DNA of 64,000 bases, from the NCBI GenBank assembly GCA_030141605.1, contig JAQGDQ010000485.1, forward strand, positions 1-64,000, given 5' to 3'. Shown here one piece after another: positions 14,672 through 27,070 of the stretch (positions are counted from its first letter, which is position 1; each line of letters opens with the position of its first letter). The notes under the pieces are model-generated. The model saw only the letters and a list, made by a program, of their open reading frames with translations, was not told the DNA's origin and did not search any database. Both the position numbers and the translations under genes were made by a program. The DNA comes from Tubiluchus corallicola. Its lineage: Eukaryota; Animalia; Priapulida.

Positions 14672-15358
14672 AACGAGCTTTTTCGTAGGTCCAGCGATTG
14701 ATGATGATGATCGTGAAAAGGTCAAAGGTTAAGTGTAAAAGGCAACGTACTTTGTGTACACTTGAAAACGCCTCGCAGCCTAAGCTAAGCTGTTCTAACA
14801 GTCACAGTTTTAACAACTAGCTAGAACATTACCTAGTTCATTTTTTCTTCTTCCCAAGCAAGATCCTGCTAGTAAATCACTGTACGCATAGACTAATGCA
14901 TAATTGAGTAAAGTCCACGTAAATCAACTGAAATTACTGAACTGATGCAGTACACGACTTTGCCTTAACAACACGCACGTCAGACGACGATTGTAGTTAA
15001 GACACGTAGCTAGTAAATCACTCTACGCACAGATTAATGCATAATTAACTGAAGTCCGTGCAAAACAACTGAAATTACTGAACTGATGCAGCATACGACT
15101 TTCCCTTAACAACACGCACGTCAGACACGACGATTGCAGTTAAGACACGTTGCTAGTAAATCACTCTGCGCACAGATTAATGCATAATTAACTGAAGTCC
15201 ACGTAAAACAACTGGATTTGCTAAACTAATGCGTGAGACGGCTTTGCTTTACCAAAATGTCACCTCACGTTGATGTTAAGACGGGTTGCTGTGGTGCACT
15301 TAACCTTTGACCTACACCAACTGCACATGCGCACAACGAAACTGTGAAAAAGCTTATT
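14672..15358. mobile_element. MITE-like element with terminal and subterminal inverted repeats and three internal repeats of about 142 bp
   Basis: Ends gagctttttc / gaaaaagctt; subterminal AGGTCAAAGGTTAAGTG / CACTTAACCTTTGACCT; core gctagtaaatcact at 14868, 15009 and 15152. A relative lies at 61813-62198. Confidence 0.75.
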
Positions 15359-15799
15359 TTTTTTAATACTATTGAAAGTTAACATTACAGTTTTCTAAAG
15401 TTGTTATATCTAATTGTACGTGTATTTTAATCACAAATATTCCAAAAAGAGATTACATATACATATATTATATAATATAAATATAGATACATACATACAA
15501 TTTTTGGCTTTTTAGTGACTTCTGTCTGATCTAATGTTCATATTTTAACTGTTTCATCACCTAGCATTCTACTCCTTATAAGTTTTACCACTAGATGGGG
15601 CAACTTGATAATGCAAAATTTTATGCAAGACCTCATCTTTTAATAGCTTGATCCAAAATCCAGTACAATTTTCTTGGTGTAAACATTTGAAGATCGGTTT
15701 CGTAATTTTGTGTGATCATACCAGTAGAATAAAAATTATTCTCATGTGGGCTACAGACTAATTGAAACATTTCAGAACATTCAAAAACACGTTAAACAG

Positions 15800-15813
15800 A
15801 TAATAATAATAAC

Positions 15814-15848
<35 letters not shown>

Positions 15849-16183
15849 GATAATGATAATGATAATGATAATGATAATGATAATGATAATGATAATGATA
15901 ATGATAATGATAATGATAATGATAATGATAATGATAATGATAATGATAATGATAATGATAATGATAATGATAATGATAATGATAATGATAATGATAATGA
16001 TAATTATAATGATAATGATAATGATAATGATAATGATAATGATAATGATAATGATAATGATAATGATAATGATAATGATAATGATAATGATAATGATAAT
16101 GATAATGATAATGATAATGATAATGATAATGATAATGATAATGATAATGATAATGATAATGATAATGATAATGATAATGATAT

Positions 16184-16222
<39 letters not shown>

Positions 16223-16227
16223 TAATG
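15800..16227. repeat. (ATGATA)n hexanucleotide microsatellite
   Basis: Directly visible. Confidence 0.98.
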
Positions 16228-16457
16228 CAATAAAATTACGAGACACCTTGAGACAAAAGATGTGGGTTCGAATCACGAGTGGGATCTTGAGGTGCTGTTA
16301 TTGTGTTTAGCAAACAAAGTGTCAACTATTCGTGATACTTTTACTATTTAAATATTTCTTAAACTTTTTGTGATTCTAAATCGCAGAAACCATGAAAATT
16401 TAATGAACAAATTTCTGATGGTCAAAAAGATAACTTTCAAAATCAATCAGATAAAAA

Positions 16458-16745
<288 letters not shown>

Positions 16746-17340
16746 ATACTCGTTAGCTCGACTTTCCTAACTGTACGTATGACACAAAAACCTCAAGAGC
16801 AGGATAATTATTAAGATGTTTTTGCTGCTCGAAAAACATACATTGATCGAGTCATCTATTCTACAAGTGCAATTATGAAACATTTATGATATTCAGACGC
16901 AAATCATTCTTACAGTGTGCGGTGCTTTCATAAGATAGAGATTTGCAACTGCCTAAGATGAAAAATGATTACCACTTGCGTGCATAAACGTAAGGTAAAC
17001 ATCGGTTTTTGCAAAATCAGCATCTTCAATCAGGTGAGCACAGTTGCTGGTGTCAGTGGCAACAACGTAAGCATAGGTAGTCAATAGCAGCAGCAGGAGT
17101 GATTGATTTTGCCCAAATGTTCTGCAATTTACACGACAGCATGCTGTTGCTGTGTTTTATTCGCTCTGCTGTTTGCATGTGCACAACTGAGCAAAGTGAA
17201 AAATACTACTGCTTCGTACACGAAATTTGCAATGATTTGCTTAATTAACACAATTACGTGATCATGGTGAAATTATCGCAACGCTAGTGTAAACTTCATC
17301 GCCATTTAAGCACATTTTTATCGATTCAAGGTTAGTAACT

Positions 17341-17490
17341 ATCAGATAGAAACTACTGGAAGCGTTTAGTACGTAATATAAAGTCATGTATGCATTGGAA
17401 TATTTTACAGTTAGTAACATAGTTAAATTCATCTTTTCCCAATAATAACAACTTCAACAGATCATTAGTTCCTAAGGCAGCTATATTAAG
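17341..17490 (-). mobile_element. CR1-group LINE ORF2 end, copy 2
   Basis: Near-identical to 13752-13897; encodes LLKLLLLGKDEFNYVTNCKIFQCIHDFILRTKRFQ*. Confidence 0.7.
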
Positions 17491-17587
17491 GTTTTTAGGC
17501 AGAAGTATTGCATTTAATTTATCAAATATATATAAACAATATATAAATATATAAACAAATATATAAGTCATATATAAACAAGTAGTA

Positions 17588-17688
17588 CAATCATTTGCAA
17601 AAGTTTAAGACCAAAGTGATTTTTTCATGAAAATTGACAAAACCATCGTTTAACACGGTTCCATCTGAAAACTATTCATTTATTCTTC
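17588..17688 (-). mobile_element. Truncated right end of the Tc1-like element
   Basis: TIR plus about 75 bp of subterminal sequence matching the other copies. Confidence 0.85.
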
Positions 17689-17869
17689 ATCGTCTTTTAA
17701 GCGATACAAGGTTAGTAAAAACAGCTTAGGGGTGATGACTCCTAAGCTAAGATTTTATAGAAAAGTTTTTTACACTCAGAAGGTGTAATCGTGTTATTCG
17801 TACGAGGTTTTTAATTATCAATTATCACAAAAACACAAATCAGAAACAGATAAAATCAACAAAACCAAG

Positions 17870-17898
17870 GAGAGAGAGAGGGGGGCAGAGAGAGAGAG

Positions 17899-17980
<82 letters not shown>

Positions 17981-18050
17981 AGAGAGAGAGATTGAGAGAG
18001 AGAGAGGGAAAGAGAGAGAGAAAGCGAGAGACAGAGGGGGCAGAGAGAGG

Positions 18051-18116
<66 letters not shown>

Positions 18117-18388
18117 AAGATTGAGTGAGAGAGAGAGAGAGGGGGAAAGAGAGAGAAAAAGCGAGAGACAGAGGGTGGCAGAGAGCGGAAGAGAAAGAGA
18201 GAGTGAGAGAGAGAGAGAGAGAGAAAGAGAAAAAGAGAGAGAAAGAGAGAAAGAGAGAGGAAGAGAGACAGAGAGAAAGACTGGGTGAGAGACAGAGAGA
18301 GGGAAAGAGAGAGAGACAGAGAGAGAGGGGGGACAGAGAGAGGAAGAGAAAGAGAGATAGAGAGAGAGGCAGAGAGAGAAAGAGAGAG
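17870..18388. repeat. Degenerate (GA)n tract
   Basis: Directly visible polypurine repeat. Confidence 0.95.
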
Positions 18389-18626
18389 CAGTAAATTTTT
18401 CCTGAACAATGCTAGTACTGCCGTACAATTCACGTTGGTTTCTCCATAATGTCGCCCTGAATGGTACAGACGTAGTGAATTATTTCGTCAATAACTTCCT
18501 TGCCCTTTGATTCCGGAGAAAAATAAGTGAAGGAATGAAAAAACACACATTAAGGAAGAAATATTACAATTATCCATATTTGACAAATAAACGTAACTAC
18601 ATCAAAATGAAATCATTGCCGACTAT

Positions 18627-18794
18627 TTTCGAACAAAACTGTTTATTATCAAGGATCTAAAGCAAAGAAATTTACCAGAATTTAGAAACAACAACGAATT
18701 AACTACTGCATTAAATTGCATTTCGATGCTACTTCTAAATTCTGGTAAATTTCTTTATTTTAGATGCCATGATAATGAACAGTTTTGTTCGAAA
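18627..18794. repeat. Long inverted repeat (arms about 72 bp, short loop)
   Basis: tttcgaacaaaactgtt..aaagaaatttaccagaatttagaa is paired with ttctaaattctggtaaatttcttt..aacagttttgttcgaaa. Confidence 0.85.
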
Positions 18795-18876
18795 CCGCGA
18801 TAATATACTGTGTATCTATGTTCTGTCAATATACATTTATGCAAGAATATATAATATATTCCGTTTTAATGAAATA

Positions 18877-19356
18877 CAGTCAACCTGGGATATAAGGGAC
18901 ACCTCGGAACCGGAAAAAATCATCCCTTATATCCGATCTCCACTATAGCCGAATTTGAGTCAGACTGAGGGTGTATCTAGACCTGTACTTTTCTGTACTT
19001 TTACCCATATTTTTATGCATCATTGCTACATATTCAGTGCAAACGGTACGTAGGAAGCTCCTTCATGCGAGATGTATGTGACCTTGGAAACCAAGCTGTT
19101 CGAAGGTTGAGTTTGCGAAAGATTGAAGTTAAAAATCGACCAATTTCGCTTTGATCATAGGGCCCTTATATGCGAGGTAATTTAAATGGGTTTCTATTAT
19201 GCGGGACCTGAAGATATCGTCCCCTATAACCGAAAATCCCTTTTATCCGAGTACCTTTTATACGAAGATTTTTACATGGGAAAAACGTTACGAAAAATCT
19301 GGACCGGTGTTGGTGGTGCCTTATAAGCGAGTGTTCCCTATACACGAGGTTTACTG
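18877..19356. mobile_element. pogo/Tigger-like MITE (about 480 bp), copy 1
   Basis: ta-CAGTCAACCT...CGAGGTTTACTG-ta termini. Homologous over its full length to 62625-63106. Confidence 0.82.
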
Positions 19357-19461
19357 TATTTTAATAACTAAAATATTAAATAATTTGTTTGTATTGATTC
19401 CTGACAATGCTAACCTCTGAGCTTGTTTATCGCTTCCTGACACTCTGATGAAACGAGTGTA

Positions 19462-19992
19462 CAGTCATTTGCAAAAGTTTAAGACCAAGCTCGAGTTTTT
19501 GGGATTTTTATCGTACTGTACCCTGATTGCATCAGATTCTTTGTTAATTGCATCATACTGCTAGTGGTTTGAAACAGTACGTCTAGTGAGTATGGCCGTA
19601 CTTGAAAGGCCTGGAAACAGCCCGGACCTCAATCCTCGGAGATCTATGAGATACTGAAGGATAAGGTGGCAGACAGGAAGTCACTAAATGCTAAAGACTT
19701 GCGAAGAGTTATCAAGGACGTTTGGGTTAAAGAAATTACTTCCGAGTACTGCCAAAACCTAATGTCCAGTATGCCTCTTAGAATGAAGGCACTTAGAACT
19801 TCGGCGGCCATAGAAAGTACTAAAATGTTCAAGGACTGTGACTATTTTTGGATAAAAACATACAAACTATGCTGTAGTGTATTTTTCTAGAAACATAAAT
19901 TAATAGCTTTTAGATGGAACCGTGTTAAACGATGGTTTTGTCAATTTTCATTAAAAAAAATCACTTTGGTCTTTAACTTTTGGAAATGATTG
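19462..19992 (+). mobile_element. Non-autonomous Tc1-like element, copy 3 (more decayed; internal segment replaced at about 19507-19595)
   Basis: Same TIRs and the same TIR-transposase junction (aagaccaagctcgagtttt); frameshifted transposase remnant. Confidence 0.88.
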
Positions 19993-20083
19993 TGCTAATT
20001 GTTTATATATGACTCTCATCCACAATTGTAAGTATTTTTATACTTCTGTTTCTGCGCATTTTTTCTAAGATCACTGAGTAGAC

Positions 20084-20268
20084 ATGGACACCGTGGGGAC
20101 GGATCAAAATGACTTCTTCACGGAAGAGCCTCCAAAATCCAAATCTTGTTGCAAGCTGAGGAGGAAACACTTGAATTGCTCCACATTTCTAGTTGTTGTT
20201 GGTTTTCTTATCCTCGTCGCTGCAGTTCTCATGTCAGTTTCACCATTGTACTCACGCACAAAGCTCAG
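20084..20268 (+). CDS. Putative small two-transmembrane protein, coding exon 1
   Basis: Acceptor ttttctaag upstream, good ATG context (gacATGG), basic/Cys stretch then hydrophobic FLVVVGFLILVAAVLMSV, donor cag|gtatat (phase 2). Confidence 0.55.
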
Positions 20269-20506
20269 GTATATTAAAGTATTTAAGCCATTAACGTAAG
20301 GACTATTGTTTTGTTACTGGTGGTGCCATCTGTTCTGCATTGTGGATATTAAAATTTTAAACAGATTAGTATTAACTTAAAGCGTTTGCTGTACTTAATA
20401 ATATTGTAACAGGGTCTCCAAGAGAAATTTTGCAAGATGATACAAGATCCCTTTTGAACCCCGAAGCAGGTAAAGGTTTTTTTTCTCAAACTCAGGATTT
20501 GATGTC

Positions 20507-20874
20507 TGTTGTTTTTTGTTTCTCTCGGAAAGTTCGTAGAGAAAACCAGAAAACACTTCATCAAATTAAACTAGTTTATTAAGCGAGAATTCTACAACAC
20601 AAAAGTATGAAGGAACGCGAAATGATTACAGTAAACGTGAAAATCTGGAAAACGTTTAAGTGTATCTGAAAACACAAGTATACAAGAGAATGTGTAAGTG
20701 GCGTCCGTGTGAATCAGCGTGTGTGTCAGCAGCCTGCTTCGCGTTATATAGGGTGCCAGGGGAACATTCTAGACGTTTCTTTCCAGAATATTTTACAAGG
20801 TAAGATGATTATTCTAAAGGAACATTCTACAATGTTCTATTTAATTCTAATAGATGCCAGCGATCTCCACAACA
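20507..20874 (-). mobile_element. Solo LTR with 5-bp TSD ATGTC, copy 1
   Basis: TGTTG...CAACA termini, ATGTC on both sides, TATA-like and AATAAA motifs on the minus strand. Three more copies occur in the window. Confidence 0.85.
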
Positions 20875-21715
20875 ATGTCTAGTAAATCTTCATGTAAATT
20901 CTCGTAAATGCTTTATTTCCATGATTAGATATACCATAGTGTAACAAACATTTTCAATTAATGCAACAACATAAATCAACATTTACGGTTGCAATCACCT
21001 TTCAAATTTTTCAGATTCTTTCCATAGTGAAATGCTTTTTAAACCTTCATAATGACTCAATTCAATTCAATTCATTTTATTTTTCTCCACAAAAACAACA
21101 ATTTTTGCAATTTTATAATGAAAAATGAAAATTATATAAAGGAGAAGGGGCAGCAGGTCGGCTGCCCCTATAATAATAGCTTGTTGCAACAGTTAACTTA
21201 TTATAAGAAATCTGCAGATTGTTGTAAAAATACACGAGAATGATGATAAAGACTTAATCAATGCACAATATTAACAAAACAAAAACAGAATCAAAACTTG
21301 TAAAAAAGAATCAAATGGAATCAGAGTCAAAACATGAATAAACCACTTGGGCAAGAAAAACAAAGTAGTAATGATTTCTTTCAAAGAAAAATACTTTTCT
21401 CAAAAAAAAACAAAAAAAACATTTAACTGGAGTTCAAATTAAAATGCACTTTTCTGGCTTTTTTTGCAAAATTTGTCATAACTGTTCGGAAGATTTCTCT
21501 CTGCTTGCCCTTTAATCCATGGTTGTAATTACTTAGAATTGCCTGTAAAACTTGGCTTCGTTATATGCATTTTAGTAGGTCAGCCAATCAGAATTGAGCA
21601 CGTTTTTTAGTCTACTCATTGGAAGCGAAGAAATCGCCACGTCTTTTACTTTTTCTGTAATATTGAATTTAAAATGAAACTTTTATGATTACTTCAAAAC
21701 AGTCAAAATCCACTA

Positions 21716-21900
21716 TCAAAAACAGCCACTATCAAAATCAATTTGTCTAGCAACGCCATATTCATTACTCAGTCGTGATAGATCAACACGTCTGGTTTGA
21801 GACATAGTAGATCGTAAATAGTTTTTGATAAATTTAAGTCTACTGAAAGGTTTTTCAGCCGATGCTACTGCAGTGAAATTCTCAACAATGTTTTCAAATG
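21716..21900 (-). mobile_element. hAT transposase C-terminal dimerisation-domain remnant
   Basis: VASAEKPFSRLKFIKNYLRSTMSQTR...L..LS.E resembles the hATC motif (SAERSFS.LK.IK..LRSTM.Q.RL). Confidence 0.8.
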
Positions 21901-22035
21901 AATACAAACATTTGGAAATATTCCACACAGTTTGTGGTCTGTTAACAAATTGAACAATTCTCGAGGTTTCAGTTCTGGTTTTCCAAATTTGTCTTCATGT
22001 TTTTTTTTATATTTTTTATATTTTATTGGGTAATC

Positions 22036-22414
22036 TGTTGTGTTTTGTTTCTCTCGGAAGGCTCGTAGAGAAAACCAGAAAACACTTCGTCAAATTAAAC
22101 TAGTTTATTAAGCGAGAATTCTACAACACAAAAGTATGATGGAACGCGAAATGATTACAGTAAACGTGAAAATCTGGAAAACGTTTAAGTGTATCTGAAA
22201 ATGTAGGTATACGAGAGAATGTGTAAGTGTGTGTCCGTGTGAATCTGTGTGCCCCCCCCCCCAATCTTAGCGGCCTGCTTCGCCTTATATAGCGTGCCCG
22301 AGAAGTTTCTAGAGGTTTTGTTCCAGAACATTCTAGAAGGTAAGACGATTATTCTAACGGAACATTCTACAATGTTCTATTTAATTCAAATAGATGCCAG
22401 CGATCTCCACAACA
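22036..22414 (-). mobile_element. Solo LTR, copy 2
   Basis: TGTTGTG...CACAACA; colinear with copy 1. Confidence 0.82.
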
Positions 22415-22667
22415 AAACCACAATTACAAATCACACAACACACACAGCAATTATAAAGATACAATTACACACATATACAGCGCTGCAAAAAAAAACCTAT
22501 ACCACGTTATCAAGAACATAATTACACAAGTCAAACTCAACAATTTAAACCAAAGACACAACATCAAATCTTGATGTATAAACCCAATGGCACAACATGA
22601 ATATACATAAACATATTTAAGATAGTTGCATAAACATGTAGTATTTGGCTTACACAAGTGATATTAG

Positions 22668-22668
22668 T

Positions 22669-22700
<32 letters not shown>

Positions 22701-22703
22701 TAA

Positions 22704-22756
<53 letters not shown>

Positions 22757-22759
22757 GAG

Positions 22760-22844
<85 letters not shown>
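22668..22844. repeat. (TA)n followed by (GA)n microsatellites
   Basis: Directly visible. Confidence 0.97.
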
Positions 22845-22848
<4 letters not shown>

Positions 22849-23984
22849 TAGTACGTTTTTTTTCATTATATAATTACACTCGGGAACTTACACATTTTAA
22901 AACAAAAATACAAGTAATTTGGAGAATTTATGGTGGCAAGTGTTGCAATTCTTCTGCGAAATATTTATCATTAATATAAGCAGGGTGCTGATGTTTGCTG
23001 TGGTGCCCTTCTTAGCTCTTGGGCCCCGGAATAAAGTACGGGCTGGACCACCCCCTCATACGTCCTGATTTTAACGCGTTCAAATTTGAAAAACTGGGTG
23101 GGCTTATCACTGAAAAGGACCTTTTCGTCCCGGGCTACTCTAACTGTCGAAGTTTGTAGTCGTATAATTGCGCACGTTTCTATGCAGCTCAGCATTAATA
23201 TTTCAATTTTCTACTTGAATTCAACTAATCGTTCTTTCATACCATAACTGTAGAATATTATAATAGCATAAAATTCGTCTTTATCTGATATACCAATAAA
23301 AACATTGACGTTCATTCAAATTAACATGAGTATATAGCATAACACAACTACACTATAACTATACCAATCCATAGAATTGACACTCTGTCTAAGAATTTTA
23401 GTGAACTACATAATTGGTTGCGTAATAAACATGCTTTTGTGTTTATGTATGAAACTTTATTATCTGTTCTGAAGCACTGGGTCATTATTATTATTAATTA
23501 TTAAAAATCCTTATTGAAAATTATACAATAAGCCCTCTATTTGCAGGGCACAAAAGTACAAAAATGTTAAATAAGTCTTTACACTATGTACATTAAATAA
23601 ATTTCTTACTAAACAAGCTGACAATTTTGCATTACGATTTACTTATTCTAAATATATATCTAATATTTATAATCAATGTATAATGAATTTACTGTAAGAT
23701 CATTTTGGGTCATGACCCGACGTTGTGTTGAAGATTTTTTTCCCAGGATTTACAAGGTTGCCAAATGCAATCATGAAGGCAGGTGATACTGTTTTCATTT
23801 TAATAATTAATTAAGTTTAGCCTGGGCTACGACTGTATGAGTCATGCATGGATGCGGGAGCTCATTGACAGATGCATATTAATCATTTCAATCATTATTT
23901 CATTAGAACTTCACAGGTACCCAGCATCAAGTTGTATGCAGATCGATATCTTCTATAGTAAAATCTATAATATATCTATAAATA

Positions 23985-24139
23985 TGCACCATTTGCGGCG
24001 ATCTATACATCAAACGAAAGGTCTTGATCTAGTGTCGTGCCATTGGGGGTTTATTTTTCGAATCGGGCCCACCGGGACGAACGGGGGGCGAAAAACCTCC
24101 AAAAATGGCCATTTTCGGCCTTTTTTTGCAAAAGTTATA
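23985..24139 (-). mobile_element. Unclassified interspersed repeat, copy 2 of 6960-7112
   Basis: Reverse-complement similarity to 6960-7112. Confidence 0.8.
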
Positions 24140-24296
24140 CGTCTGAGATCTGAAGAACGGGAACGGAAAGAGGGCGGAGGAAGAACAGGGCTACACGATG
24201 ATGTGGGCTGTATTTTAGTACATGTCCACTAAGAGGAGTGACGACGAGTTAATTTTCGCTTGGAAAACTGCTGACGCAAATCCATTGTTGTGACGT

Positions 24297-24447
24297 CATC
24301 TATTATACTCTGTCCATAATCTTATAACTTTAATTCAGTAAAACCTGCTACTGGCTTTGCCTTGTAAATGAGGACTGCGTAGGATGTTCGCGCATTATTG
24401 ATTATAAGTCTATTTACACGCAAATTTTTTTGCGGGGCCTTTGCTAG
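24297..24447 (+). mobile_element. Helitron 3' terminus, copy 1
   Basis: Hairpin cgcaaa-ttt-tttgcg about 10 nt before a terminal CTAG followed by T. A second copy lies at 53024-53174. Confidence 0.72.
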
Positions 24448-24997
24448 TATATAATAACAAAAATCTATAATTACCTAAGCCGAAGTTTGTATGACCACGC
24501 AAACTAACTGAGAATCAGATTTCTACAGTATATCTGCCGTGGATGTTTTACATACAATAGAAGCAAGAGATTGCTCTTTTTGCAACTTGGCTGAATTGAA
24601 CGAAATCTTAACATTTATCATGCAGGATTAACTACGTACAAATAATTTATGGCGTTTTAAGCACAAGAAACATCTTAATTAAATCATAAGAAATCATTAT
24701 TAAAGTTAATGATTCTCATTATTTCCGTCATTTATTGCTTTGTTTCTTTCCCTTGGTACATGTATCTGTGTTGGCTAACTTATGGCTATACAAAAATGGT
24801 TACTGGTGCGTCACAAATTGGCCTAAATCTACGATGGGGCACAAAGTGCGGGGAGCATGCCTTTTGCCCATTTTCGTATCAAGACGTGTTCTCGCGTTTA
24901 AGTGCAAAAATTCTTACGAGAATGTTTTGCAAAGCTTACAATCTTGTTGACAAATACGATGATACACTGTAGTGGGTTTCTGTGCCAATAATTACAG

Positions 24998-25060
24998 CCA
25001 TTGCCTACCTTTGTGCCTGCTCTGCTTACCTAACCACCACGCGACATCAACATGCTTATG
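24998..25060 (+). CDS. Putative two-TM protein, exon 2 (63 nt, Cys-rich loop)
   Basis: aattacag| ... |gtaagt, phase 2 at both ends; encodes SHCLPLCLLCLPNHHATSTCLW. The acceptor is weak. Confidence 0.4.
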
Positions 25061-25127
25061 GTAAGTCTAATATAACGGAGTATACATTTAAAGTAAAATA
25101 GTCTAAAACGGCTTTCTCTTTTTTCAG

Positions 25128-25245
25128 GAAGATTAAGTTCTACTATATGGGAGAGGTGATGGTGTATGTTTTGGGAGCTTGTCTGTTCACAGCAGGTGTG
25201 ATACTTTATGTAAGACAAGATCGAAGCAAACAGACTACAGTATAA
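25128..25245 (+). CDS. Putative two-TM protein, last coding exon
   Basis: Strong acceptor ctttctctttttcag, phase 2; encodes KIKFYYMGEVMVYVLGACLFTAGVILYVRQDRSKQTTV*. A donor aag|gtaagt follows 14 nt after the stop. Confidence 0.55.
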
Positions 25246-26423
25246 GATCACGCTAAAAGGTAAGTAAGTTATAATTGATAGCAAGTGTAATTTGCAAAAA
25301 CATAACAGAAAACAAATTCAGATTCTAACAGTCTTCTGATAAAATTGTCAGCTGCTAAAAATAAGTACAATTTTTTGATATTTTTACCTAAACGTGACTA
25401 ACTAAAATCCATATAAATGACCGGTCAGATAAAAATTAAGCATATTGAAAATATAGGACAGTTTATAATTGTATGTTATAATGTCATCCATAATAATTGT
25501 AACAATTTTGTTGTTTAATGGGCGCAAAAGTAAGCCGAAAAATGTGCAGCCTTCGCGTATTATAATTAATGTAATAAAAACTTAATTCATTAATTAAGTA
25601 ATAAAAACCATAATTAACTAGGTTTTCGTTTTTTCCAGATCTTTGAAGTTAAGTGGAATTTGTAAATAGAGACAAGACAAGGGAATATACTTCCGCGTCC
25701 CATGCCGTGAAAAACTTGTCATTACGTTTCCATATTATTCTTAGTTGTGATTTAATATACCTAAAACAATAATTATATATAGTGTATACTTCTATTGCTT
25801 TGGGTTTTCATAGGTTAAATTTGCGACCAAGTAAAAGGGTTAAATTTTACTGACTATATTCGCCCACACGATTTTCTGGTAGCATACAAAGTTTTATCTG
25901 TGTCTGCATGTAATGGTTCTATTGGATGGCATGGTCGCAGCTGCTAATTACGTGCTGCCATCCACCGGCCTTTTCTGACAACATCGCTTATTTCGTAATT
26001 ATTTAGTGATCTCAACGACATGTTAATTACCAAGTAACTGATATTAGTACATTTGTTAGTATTACTTGTAATGAGTATAATTGTGTATGGTATGTACTGT
26101 AAGCATATGACTTGCAAATTTGCTTTTATAGTTGATAAGTTTTAGTGAGTTAATAAAATTTTAATACAGTATAGTCTCAAGCTGACATGCATATCATATA
26201 TACATTATTGTAATCGTACAATTATTAGTACATATAAGTATGTTGATAAGTACGTATAAGCATAATAACTTAGGTGCTGCATGATCTTCAACACATGAGA
26301 TAGTCAACAAAGTGGCGAAAAAATGAAACACAAGTACAAAGTTGCCAAAGAGACTTCCTGAACTATGAAAAATGATCGCTCTTCAATCCCAGAGGCTGTG
26401 ACTTTCATGTGTATGCATGCTAC

Positions 26424-26769
26424 TGTTGTGTTTTGTTTCTCTCGGAAGGCTCGTAGAAAAAACCAGAAAACACTTCCTCAAATTAAACTAGTTTATTAAG
26501 CGAGAATTCTACAACACAAAAGTACGAAGGAACGAGAAATGATTACACTAAACGTGAAAATCTGGAAAACGTTTAAGTATATCTGAAAATGTAAGTATAT
26601 GTCTGTGCGAGATCTGCGTGTGTCCTGTGTGCCCCCGTGTCAACGGCCTGCTGTGCCATATATAGCGCGCTGAAGAAACTTCCAGAAGTAATATTCGAGA
26701 ACATTCCAGACGGTAAGACGATCATTCCATGTAATGTAATTCTAATAGATGCCAGTGATCTCCACAACA
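26424..26769 (-). mobile_element. Solo LTR, copy 3
   Basis: TGTTGTG...CACAACA; colinear with the other copies. Confidence 0.82.
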
Positions 26770-27070
26770 CATAACAACTTAATTATCTTATTTATGGGAT
26801 TAGTTTCCTTATCAGAAGTAACTTTAATTAGCGTAGCAATGTATCGATTGGAAAAGTGCATGTACTGCAGTACAAAAAACTATTATCGCAATATAAAGTG
26901 CAGGCCTAGGATAATTAACTTTGACCCAGAAACAGTAACAGTATCTAGTAAGAATGATTTTTATTCAAAATGTTAAACTACACAATAATCATAATACATG
27001 TAAACATCAATAGATTCATTTTACAGCGAGAAAAATAAATTTTAAGAAGTATTGTCATGCCTTCTGCACT

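Noticed and set aside
16262-16325. tRNA or SINE (GGTTCGAATC B-box)
   Set aside because: There is no A-box or cloverleaf; at most it is a SINE remnant.
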